This document shows positions 1 to 10,443 of a stretch of 64,000 nt of DNA, in pieces (within the stretch, counting starts at the first letter, position 1; the number at the start of each line of letters is the position of its first letter). The notes under the pieces were generated by a model. It did not search any database. It had not been told where the DNA came from and worked only from the letters and a program-made list of their open reading frames with translations. Made by a program: the position numbers and the translations under genes. The stretch spans positions 193,006,001 through 193,070,000 of the forward strand of contig JBITNC010000001.1 in the NCBI GenBank assembly GCA_050084985.1, in the 5' to 3' direction. This stretch comes from Nageia nagi (taxonomy: Eukaryota; Plantae; Pinophyta).

Positions 1-39
1 AGAAGGTTTATCCTAAGCTTAGAAATGAAGAGAACATTA

Positions 40-518
40 TGTTAGAATTTGTAATGAAATATTGTGAATATCTAAACTCTTTGTAAGTTCAATTAATCAC
101 TTAAAGGATATGTAGATACCTTAAGGGATTAATTGAATTCTTTATTATGTGTGGAATTTGACTTTACCATGGGGTTATGTGGTAGGTTAAAGTTAGGTCA
201 TGCATTTATTGTAACCCTAACCTTACCCTTGGGTTAAAGGGAGGTTAGGAAGGTGCTCTCAAGCTATAAATAGAGGGCCTCTCCTCTTGTAACACAACTA
301 AGTTTTTAGAGTAAAATTAGTCTACTAGTTTGTGTAGGAGAGGAAGAGAATAGTTGTAAGAGGGGCATACTTGAGAATTGAGATACTAGTTGTGGATGTA
401 CTCCCAAGGAGGGAGGAACCACATTACAGTTGTGTTATCTTATGTGAATGGTGTTATGTTGTATGATTAAGCTTCCTAGTCTTGGACCTTGAGAATTAGA
501 GTAGTGCTAATTCTTTCA
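40..518 (+). repeat. 5' LTR of copia element 1 (479 bp)
   Basis: Starts TGTTAG and ends TTTCA, followed by AT and the PBS. TATAAATA at 265-272. The first 204 bp recur at 8894-9097. Confidence 0.93.
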
Positions 519-520
519 AT

Positions 521-533
521 TGGTATCTAGAGC
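521..533 (+). promoter_or_regulatory. Primer binding site (tRNA-iMet type)
   Basis: TGGTATCTAGAGC is canonical TGGTATCAGAGC with a 1-nt insertion, 2 nt after the LTR end. Confidence 0.85.
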
Positions 534-645
534 TTGGTGTGGAAGCTCTTCTTCTATATCTTGGAGGTTCTTCATCCTTCTTCATTCCTTTGGTGTGGAA
601 GCTCTTCTTCTACATCTTGGAGGTTCTTTATCCTTCTTCATTCCT
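534..645 (+). repeat. 56-bp direct tandem duplication just after the PBS
   Basis: TTGGTGTGGAAGCTCTTCTTCTA(T/C)ATCTTGGAGGTTCTT(C/T)ATCCTTCTTCATTCCT starts at both 534 and 590. Confidence 0.9.
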
Positions 646-1354
646 CATCTTACCACCCATTGGTGAGGTAAAACTAAGAGAAGGTATAAATTTCCTCCTC
701 ATTTGGTTATCTTATGGATTATTGCATTAGATACTAACATATTTTGTGAGATATTGAAGCTTATTTTTTGCAAAATATGATCAAAATGGCAATGCAAGCA
801 TTTTTTTTATACTAACCTCTTATGTTAGTAGTTTTTTTTTACAAAATGCTTAGTACATGATATACCTTTTAAGAGGATACTATGTAATGCAAATATTTTT
901 ACTAACATTTTGTTTGTTAGTAGTATTGATCAATAAGTCTATTACAAGCATTGCCAAGGTGTAATATGTACATAATACCTTATTTCTTCTCTAAATTGTT
1001 TTATTTTTTGCAAAAATTTTAATGCAAATAGAGGAAAATAATTTTTAGAGGCAATTTAAAAAAAAAAAAAACAAATATGGGGATATTCGCCCTCTCTCAA
1101 TTTTTTTTACATATGTTATTATTGAAATAAAAAAAATGAAGGACTTTATTTATAAGTTTTTGAAATATTTTAAATATTTTTTTTTACATATAAAAATCAA
1201 GAATTATAAAATTTTGGGGGGGAGGGGGACAAAATAAACGGTAGGGTCTACGAATTGAACCAAACCCCAAACAACGGTAGGGTCTGTGAATTGAACCAAA
1301 CCCCAGTCGCTCGCGGTCCACCCTCTACGTCTCCCTCCTCCCTCTACGGGTCTA

Positions 1355-1585
1355 TAAATTATTTGATAAAATGCCTCATCGAGATGCAGTCGTGATCATA
1401 GAATATGCACAAAATTGAGTTTGTGAATTATTTGACAAAGTACCTCGATGAAATGTAGTCTATGGACTATAATGCTCATTTAGTGTGCACAAAATAGATA
1501 TGTTGAAAGTCTGACAGAGTGCCTCAACGTTCCCCCTCGAAATGCAAAAGTAAGAAATCCCAGGACTGCAATGATCGTAGGATAT
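1355..1585 (+). pseudogene. Captured PLS-type PPR gene fragments inside the copia leader
   Basis: Reads KLFDKMPHRDAV..IEYAQN, ELFDKVPR.NVV..WT..., CAQNRYVE and TAMIVGY. A further HTQNGYVE lies near 2230-2255. Bases 1570-1585 are identical to the reverse complement of 63754-63769 in the PPR array. Confidence 0.75.
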
Positions 1586-4060
1586 AGAAAGGGTCTACAC
1601 ATTATTTTCCTCCCCGTAGCCTCCTCCCTTCGTTAGCATGGCCACGTTGGTGGTGAGTCACTCATAGCACCCTCTCCTCATGGCAGTAGTTTTCCTCCTC
1701 CCCATAGCACGGTGGTCTCCTCTCCTCCTCCCTCCATGCACACTGCACCAGTAGACTGAGTCAGCTTCCTCGCCAGCCAAGTTACTCTGCATGCCTTTGC
1801 ATCTCCCTCCTAACTGGGCATCGCACGACCTCTCGTGGTTACCCACAGTCATCGCTCCACAATTGAATGCAACTCCCTCGTAGCCTCCTATCTCTTCCTC
1901 CTCACGGTGTGAGCACTACTCCCTGCATCCTCTATCTATCACTTAGCATAATAAAATTTATTCGTGTATGATGGAGGGGGTGATGAGAGCTGTAGTGATG
2001 GCGATTCATGCGTAAGCTATTTTTTTGTATTTCACGGGTGGAGCATCCCAGGCATTGGGATGGCTAATACGAGTGCCAGGAGCCTCCTCTTCCATCTCAC
2101 CTCTGCATCCTCATCTCTCCTCCATGTTGTCTTCCTTCACTACCCCCTCATGCAGTTTTTACTGCCACACCATCCTCCTCGCGCGCACCGGCTGCACCTT
2201 CTCCCTCCCTTCTACTTCTGTGGTCGTCGAACATACACAAAACGGATATGTTGAGGGGGCCATTTAATATGATGGTCTCCCTACGTAACCCTCTTCTCCC
2301 TTATTTTTTATCTCCCTTACTTTTTAAAATAAAGTTTTTTCCTTACAATTGAAATAAATACAAGCATTAATTATGAAGTCAAACCTTGGGTAAAAGTTTT
2401 CCAAAAAGGAGGCTACCTTCTATGCTCTTCCACAAGCAACATATGCTCTTCTTGGTATAAGAAAAAGGGGGGGTCATTTTTTAAGTACAAACATGCATTT
2501 AATTTTGTTTTACCAACTAGAAAGGGGATTTGATTTTTTTCTTGTTTTACCACCTAAGTCTTAAGAACCCAACCAAACCCCTTGAGCATTAATTTTTTTG
2601 TTGACTACTCCCAAGAGGCAACGTATACTCCTTCTTGGTAAGGGAAGGGTTTCCATCACTACTTTACCTATATGCATCTATTTTTTTTTACTTAAAGTAT
2701 TTTAGAGTGCTTGAAGTAAAAGAAGCATTAAATATGCATGAAGTAAGGGTATGGGTCTCCTTCTTTTACCAGTTAATTCTTGGAGACTTGGTAAGTAGTG
2801 AATATTTTTAACTTATTTTTACAATAAGGTCAAAAATAATTTTAAGTTAAACTTAGCTTGCTTTTTAAAAATGCTTAGAATATTTTTAATATTGCATGTT
2901 TAATTTACTAAGGTGCACATGCAATTTCTAGAATGCTAACCTCTTAGCATTTTTTTTCTCTAAGCATGGTAATTTGCTACGGTAATCTAAGTATGTTTTT
3001 TTTAAGTAAATAAGGGAAATTTTTTTTACTTAAAATGCATACTTAAAAGACAAGTTTTAGCATACAAGTTTTTAAAGGATAAAACTTTAAGTGAAAAGGG
3101 AGGAATTTGTATAATTTTTACTTAAAACTTTATCTAGATCTTGCATGCTAAACTTGTGATGCAAGTCTCTTAATCTTGTTTGAGGAATAAAGCATGCTTA
3201 GGACTTAAAATTTTAAGATAAATAATGCATGATTATTACTTAATTTTTAAGTCATGGAATAATGCATGTTTAAGTTATGGATTAATGCTAAGTAAGACTT
3301 AGTTCTTTTTTAAATTCATTAAGTGTTTGAATGAATTGAGCAAAATATACAAAATGTAAAATGTCCTTTAGGGGTTAGTACAAAACCCATTGGACTTTTA
3401 AGGTTTTTCAAGCTCGTGTGGATGATGTAATTTTATTTTACTTTATATTTTTGCACAATTGCTTTATACTTGTAAAATGCAAATATTGAAAGTAACCCCT
3501 AAAATGAACACATCCGCACGTATTTTTCCATAACATGACTTGTTTGGGGAGCCACGAGGGGAGGATAGGGCAGACCGGAGCCCTTTTAGTTCGAAGAGCC
3601 AAGTGGTGGTAAGTCTATCTTAATTGCCCCTAAGACCTTTGTTGGATTGGACATAACTCTATTAGGTGGACAAGCATGTGTGTAGTGATACCACATGTCC
3701 GCACGTCCATTCAGGGATTATCCTGATAACCTAGGAGGAAAACTGAAAACCTTAAACAAGATAATTAAAATGGCCGATCCAAGATACATCGGATCCTTGG
3801 AAAATAGTTGGTACTTCTCCTTGTGAGAGTATATTACTGACCAAGGTGAACTGGTTGAGGACTGGTAGTACTTGGGCTCCACCTTGCGGGCATCCAGGTG
3901 AAGGCTTAATTCTATACAAGAAAACAATCTCAACTTTATTCCTCTACAGATCGTGGTTTATAAGTTTGCACATGTGGACATGTTTACTTATGTTTGATTT
4001 GTATAGATGGAAACTTGTAAAAATTTGCATTCTTATTGCATATTTACTTTTGTACAGACA

Positions 4061-7000
4061 ATGGTTGAAACCTTCATACCCAAGCATATACTCAATGGTT
4101 CCAACTTTGGCATATGGGAACCTCATATGAGAGCTGAGTTACAAGCAAGGAAGCTATGGCAGATAGTTAATGAAGATTTGGTCGCTCCTACAGATGAGAA
4201 GGCTCTTGAAATCTACAACTCAAAGAATGAGTTAGCAACTTCAATGATCTATCGTGCAGTTTTAGATGACATCCTTCTCATGATCTCTTCTTCAACATCA
4301 GCAAAAGAAGCTTGGGATAGACTGAAGAAAATTTACCTTGGGTCAAAATTTTCAAGGAGGTTCACCATTCTACAAAATTTGTTGCAATATCGTCAAGGTG
4401 AAGATGAAAGTGCTTCTATCTACTTGAACAAAATCATTGACCTCAAGACACAACTGGTTGGCTGTGGGTGTAATTGGATCAATGATGAGTTCATGGTCTT
4501 CATCATTCTTCAAAGCCTCTCTACAAAGTTCAGTAACTTTGTCACAGTTATGGAGACTAGGCTCAATGATGAAGAAGATGTCATCTCTCTTGACAACCTT
4601 TCTAGACTCCTTCTGAAGCATGAGGAAACTTTGAATAAGAAAATGTTAAACTTTTCTCCAAAGGATAATAGCATTGCTCTAGGAGCAACCAAAACTCCTT
4701 TCAAGAAGAAGTTCAAACATTATAAATTCAAAGATAACAAATCCTCATCTACCATCAGGAAGCACGGCAACTTCAAGCAAAGGAATGACAAAGCTAGATC
4801 AAGCAAACCAACACCACAAGAAAAGTTTGATGGAAATTGTAACTTTTGTGGCATCTTTGGGCATAAAGAGTATGATTGTTGTAAAAAGAAATTTGCTCAA
4901 AAAGGTAAGGGAAATGCAAATGTGAGAAAATTCAATAATAAAAAGAAGAATAAGCATGCTGCTACTGTTGCCTACTACTCAATGACTCAAACTATTTCAA
5001 ATGATTGGATTGTTGATTTAGGATGCACTAATCACATGTGTTATGAAAAGGATAAGTTTGAAAACTTTCATAAGTACAACAAGGATACAGTTGTGATAGG
5101 TGATAATACAATTCTTGATGTTCAAGGAATAGGGAATGTGAAGATTCATGGAAAGGCTCTTGATAATATCTTTTATGTGCCTAAACTAAGGATGAATCTT
5201 ATCTTTGTAATTCAGATTACAAGGAAAGGATGCTCATTTGAGTTTACCTCACACTCCTGGTGTGTTAAGAAAGGACTTGCCACTTTGATGAAAGGATCAG
5301 TAAAAAATGACCTTTATATTATGGATCAAGTACCTTCAAAGATTTGTCTTGCTGCAAATGTTTGTTTCAAAGGGTAATCTTTGGCATCAACGATTAGGGC
5401 ACCTTAACCATAAGAGTATTCAAGATATGAAAAATCAAGAACTTATAGAAGGTTTACCTAATATTTCACCCACAATTGGTCTTTGTGAAAGGTGCATTCT
5501 AGGAAAGATGAATAGGCAAAAGTTTGAAAAAGATAAGGCAACTCGGGCTACTCGTCCTCTTCAGCTTGTGCATTCAGATTTGATGGGTCCATTTTAGACT
5601 AAGTCTCTAGGGGGAGCTTCTTATGTTCTGACCTTCATTGATGACTTCAGTAGGATGACATTTGGTTATCTACTTGAGCACAAGGATCAAACTTTTGATA
5701 GGTTTAAAGACTTCAAGGCTCTTTTTGAAAATCAAACTGATTTTAAGATCAAGATGCTAAGATCTGATAATGGGGGTGAGTATAATAGCAATGAGTTTAA
5801 TGATTATTATGTTAAACATGGGATCAAGCGATAATTCACAATCCCTTACACCCCTCAGCAAAATGGAGTTGCTGAAAAGAAGAATCGCACCATTATGGAA
5901 ATGGCAAGATGCATGTTGGGTAACCTTCCTAGTTTCTTATGGGGAGAAGTTGTTCACACTACTATTCATACCCTAAATAGGTGTCCTACTAAAGTAGTTG
6001 AAGGTAAAACTCCGTATGAAGCATGGACAGGAAAGAAACCTAACATCTCACACTTTAGGGTCTTCGGATATGATGCATTTGCCTTCATTACCTCAGAGAA
6101 AAGAAAGAAGCTAGATAAAAGATCAGAAAAATGCATCTTTGTGGGGTATGATAATCAGCATAGAGGTTACAGGCTCTACTCCTCATCCCATAAAATAGTC
6201 TTTGTTTCTAGGGATGTCAAGTTCAATGAATTTCCTAAGAATACGACTTCTCATGCTGAGGTGTCTGATTCAGATGATTCTTCGCCTGCACCTAACTGGT
6301 TGGATGATCATGTAGGGAAGTCACCATAAGAGCAAAATTCTCCAGCTCAGAGAATTACAAGAAGTATGACCTTGAATAAATCCTTATTTGCCAAAATTGA
6401 TAATATGAATGAGCCATCAACATTCAAAGAAGCTTCCAAGCAAGAGTGTTGGATGGAAGCTATGAAAGTTGAGTATGAGGTGCTCATGAAAAATGAAACT
6501 TGGAATTTGGTTCCTTATCCTAATGAGAAAAATATGATTGGAAATAAATGGATATACAAGGTCAAGTACAATTCTGATGGAGAAATTGAAAAATACAAAG
6601 CAAGGTTAGTGGCTAAAGGATTTGCTCAGAAATATGGTATTGATTATGAGGAAACCTTTGCTCCTGTGGCCAAGATGCCTACTATTAGGATAATCCTTGC
6701 TCTTTCTGCAGCTCAAGGTTGAAAAGTTTTTCAACTTGATGTCAAGAGTGCATTTCTCAATGGTGAATTGGATGTAGAAATCTACATGAATCAATCAAAA
6801 GAATTTATTCCAAAAGGAAAAGAGTCTCTTGTGTGCAAGCTAAATAAGTCTTTGTATGGACTTAAGCAAGCACCTAGAGCATGGTACAAGAAAATTTTAG
6901 GATTCTTTACAGATATTGGTTTTTCCAAGTGCTTCTCTGACTCAGATCTCTATGTACTCAATCAAGGAAAAGATGTGGTCTTAATTCTCCTTTATGTAGA

Positions 7001-7958
7001 TGATCTTCTCATAATAGCCAATAATATTGAAATCATCCAAGAGTGCATATCCAAACTAAAGGCAACATTTGAAATGACTAATCTAGGTTTATTGCATTAC
7101 TATCTTGGGATGCAAGTATACCAGCACAAAGATTGTACTTATCTTAGTCAATCTAAGTATATATCAGACATCTTGCAAAAGTTTGGAATGGAGGAGTGTA
7201 GATATGATGTAATACCTATTTCTCCTAGAATCGTTGTATCATTGAGCTCAGATTCTCAATTGGCTGATGCTACAGCTTATAGGTAATTGATTGGTAGTCT
7301 TCTGCATCTAACTATCTCTCAACCTGATATTGCCTTTGCAGTGAATCTGATGGCACGACTCATGCAAAAACCATATGTTGAACACCTCAATGTTGTTAAG
7401 CAAATCTTGAGGTATGTGGCAAGGACAAAGGATCTTGCTCTTAAGTATTCCAAAGTGCCCTTGATTGGTCTCTCAAGGTTCTCAGATTCTGAATATGGGG
7501 GAGATAGAGATGATAGAAAATCAACCTCTGCATATGTGTTCAACATTGGTTCAGGTGCTATCTCTTAGGCTTCCAAGAATCAACCTACTGTGACTCTTTC
7601 TACAATCGAAGCTGAATATCGAGCCATGTTTGTTGCTGCCCAAGAAGCTATTTGGTTGAGGCATCTTCTGAATGAAATTGGGTATAAGCAAAATGGCCCA
7701 TCTCTTATTTCTTCAGATAATCAATCGACTATCTCTTTGGCTAAGAATCCTATATTCCATCAGAGAACCAAACATGTGGAAATCCAAGCCCATTTTATCA
7801 GGGAGAAGGTTCTAGATGACATCATACACTTGGAGTATTGTCCATCTACTAAAAACTTTGCTGATTTATTCACCAAGCCCCTTCCTGAAGCTCAGTTCAG
7901 CAAGCTTAGGGATTCTCTCGGGTTGGTGAAGTTGCCCTCAAGGGGGAGTGAAGTTTGA
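4061..7958 (+). pseudogene. Copia gag-pol polyprotein, disrupted
   Basis: Gag with CCHC knuckle CNFCGIFGHKEYDC; protease WIVDLGCTNHM (DSG altered); integrase LWHQRLGH..CERC, LVHSDLMGP and PQQNGVAE; RT YVDDLL; RNase H EAEYRA..TKHVEI..ADLFTKPL. One frameshift near 5370 and several in-frame stops (e.g. 5597, 6329, 6722, 7286, 7568). Confidence 0.95.
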
Positions 7959-8014
7959 ACTTTTGTTAGTGATGACAACTTCACCTCTAAGAGGCATTTT
8001 TTGATTGTGCATTC

Positions 8015-8397
8015 TATACCTCCATGGTAAGTTTGCTCTACGTGAGAAACTTATTGTACAATTATTGTTATAGAGTGTTGATTATTTTATACCTCCGTGG
8101 TAAGTTTGCTCTACGTGACAAACTTGTTGTACATATTTATACCTCCATGGTAAGTTTGCTCTGCATGACAAACTTGTACATTTTATACCTCCGTGGTAAG
8201 TTTACTCTGCATGACAAACTTGTTGTACATTTTATACCTCTGTTGTGAGTTTGCTCTGCGTGAGAAACTCGTTGTACAATTTTTTGAGCATATAATTAAT
8301 ATACCTCCATGGTAAGTTCGCTCTGCGTGACGAACTTGTTGTACATTCTATACCTCCGTGGTGAGTTTGCTCTGTGTGAGAAACTCATTGTATAATT
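8015..8397 (+). repeat. Seven-unit tandem hairpin array in the copia 3' UTR
   Basis: Units TATACCTCCRTGGTRAGTTTGCTCTRYGTGASAAACTYGTTGTACA start at about 8015, 8088, 8138, 8184, 8233, 8300 and 8349. Confidence 0.92.
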
Positions 8398-8884
8398 TTT
8401 ATGCTCTATTAATAATCAACACATGTCTATATACAACAGGTGACTATGAGTGATGGCTTGGCATCTCCGTGATGACTTATAGTGCACCATTAATCAGTTA
8501 TTTATAAGATGGCATTATTTGATTCTCTTATTTGAATATATGATGCATCTAACTGATTTTGTTCATGAGTTGCTTGTAGCATGCAGGATCTTCTTCAGAA
8601 ATGTAGATTACTCACCTTGTGAAAGCAAGCTCATGGAGACTCACATGTCAGCTTAAAGTTGATCGACTACTATGTACAGTGAAACCAGTTGTGGTTAATG
8701 ATTGTATTGTAAACCATTTTGTCAAATGGTAATGTAGTGAGTCTCATACTAGTTCTCAAAAAGATTCTCAAATATGTAAATGTTCTCATCTCCACTTGTA
8801 TCTCTATGGAGGAGAACTCTCTCGATGAGAACTCTCTCTTACTCTCTCTCTTCTCTCTTCTACGTTCTATCCCAATATTGCATT

Positions 8885-9097
8885 AAGGGGGAGTGTTAGA
8901 ATTTGTAATGAAATATTGTGAATATCTAAACTCCTTGTAAGTTCAATTAATCACTTAAAGGATATGTAGATACCTTAAGGGATTAATTGAATTCTTTATT
9001 ATGTGTGGACTTTGACCTTATCATGGGGTTAGTTGGTAGGTTAAAGTTAGGTCATGCATTTATTATAACCCTAACCTTACCCTTGGGTTAAAGGGAG
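8885..9097 (+). repeat. Polypurine tract plus truncated 3' LTR of element 1
   Basis: AAGGGGGAG at 8885-8893, then TGTTAGAATTTG... Identity to the 5' LTR stops abruptly at 9097. Confidence 0.93.
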
Positions 9098-9102
9098 ACG
9101 AT

Positions 9103-9342
9103 TCTTCTACAAAAAAAAATACTAAATAATATTTCTCAAATTTTAAACCTCACCAACTACATTGCCCACTTTAAATAGAAGAGGGAGATGATTCTTCTTT
9201 GGGACTTTACTAATGATACTTTATTTGCAACTAAAGTCCCAAAGAAGAATCATCTCCCTCTTCTATTTAAAGTGGGCAATGTAGTTGGTGAGGTTTAAAA
9301 TTTGAGAAATATTATTGAGTTAGTATTTTTTTTTGTAGAAGA
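9103..9342. repeat. Near-perfect inverted repeat (107/111-bp arms, 22-nt loop)
   Basis: 9103-9209 is the reverse complement of 9232-9342 apart from a 4-nt indel (GAGT). Confidence 0.95.
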
Positions 9343-10443
9343 TTGAATTGCCAATGGCAAAATAACATATAACAAAAGTATTAATTTATCTTTATTATTT
9401 AATTAAAACTAAATAAATTGGTTATTAGGGTCATTCTTAACTAACTTAAAGGAATTAAATAGTTAAGACTTGTATTAGCAATTAATCCTCCCATAACCTC
9501 TACCTTTATATCTTTTGTTCCAAATGGAGGATAAATTGAATTCGTCCATAATAGCGAGATAATTTTCTTCATGCTCCCAAGTTTTAGTTAGAAATATTAT
9601 ATCCACATTATGGAGAATCAAAGTTAGTTAGGGGCCTTTTTTTCCAGGGAGAGCCTTGGCTATTTTATAAAAGTACCCCAAACTTTGATTTTTTATGAAT
9701 TTGTTTTTTCCATCATTTGTTGCTTCTTTCATTTTTCATATTTCTTTCTATAATTCAACTTGATCCTCATGAATGAGGTCTTCACTAATAATTTTTTTGC
9801 TCCTTTTAATATTTCAAAGTAAAATAAGAAATTTTTATCTAAAGTTAGAAGAAGAAACCTTAGTACGAACTAGCCTCTTCCTATTTTCTATTTCCCCCTA
9901 CTCTTCCAACTTCTAACACCTTGACAGAATTAACTTCTAAGGTTCCTTGAAAGTTGGTTCTAACCATTTCTAAAGTATCTTCTTGATCAAATTCATCTAA
10001 ACCTACTATGATAAGATTCAAAGATTGATTAGCTCATTCTTGATATAGTAGGGATTCTTTATTTGCCTTATCTTTTATAGGGGAAGGTTCACATGTATAA
10101 ATATTTTCTTCCTTTATATTTTTCACTTGTTTAAGTATTACATTAAGATTGGAATAAATAAAATATATTTGATTAGATTTAAGTTGAAGTTCTTTTATGG
10201 TTTTAAATTTGATTGTATGTTTTCGATTTCACTTTTTAAGTGTGTCATTTCTTCAAGAAGTTGTAAAATTCTTTTCATATTTTCTTGTTTGTCTTCTACA
10301 TGTTTTAGTTTATAACTACTATTGTTAAAGTGTGAGAGAGAGTTTGAATCATATTTTGTCAAATATTATATACAACTTTGTAGCTTATTAAGTTTATCCT
10401 CGAGGCTTTTTAAAGTAAGTTTTTGGGTGCGATAAGGATTCAT
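9210..10443 (-). mobile_element. Decayed LINE 5' portion: ORF1 (coiled coil plus RRM/Tnp22-like) and N-terminal AP endonuclease of ORF2
   Basis: Minus strand from ATG 10443 reads MNPYRTQKLTLKSLEDKLNKLQ.., NLIIVGLDEFDQEDTLEMVRT..VLEVGRVG..RLVRTKVSS..LKGAK..SEDL. It then reads DIIFLTKTWE, GRGYG and a GDF-like APE motif at about 9235-9255. Confidence 0.72.

Larger units (their letters stand above)
40..9097 (+). mobile_element. Ty1/copia LTR retrotransposon (element 1), near full length, decayed, 3' LTR truncated
   Basis: 5' LTR TG..CA at 40-518; PBS at 521; gag-PR-IN-RT-RH domain order at 4061-7958; PPT at 8885-8893; 3' LTR 8894-9097 matches 40-243 with about 7 differences in 204 bp. Confidence 0.96.

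Noticed and set aside
1658-1852. Minus-strand ORF with MTVGNHER, resembling a metallophosphoesterase GNHE motif
   Set aside because: No other purple acid phosphatase motifs nearby; a 4-5 residue match is expected by chance.
3715-3755. Possible hammerhead ribozyme (CTGATAA...GAAA)
   Set aside because: The core needs CUGANGA plus flanking helices, and these are not present.
8015-8397. CRISPR-like repeat/spacer array
   Set aside because: Eukaryotic retrotransposon context, no cas genes, and most units abut without unique spacers.
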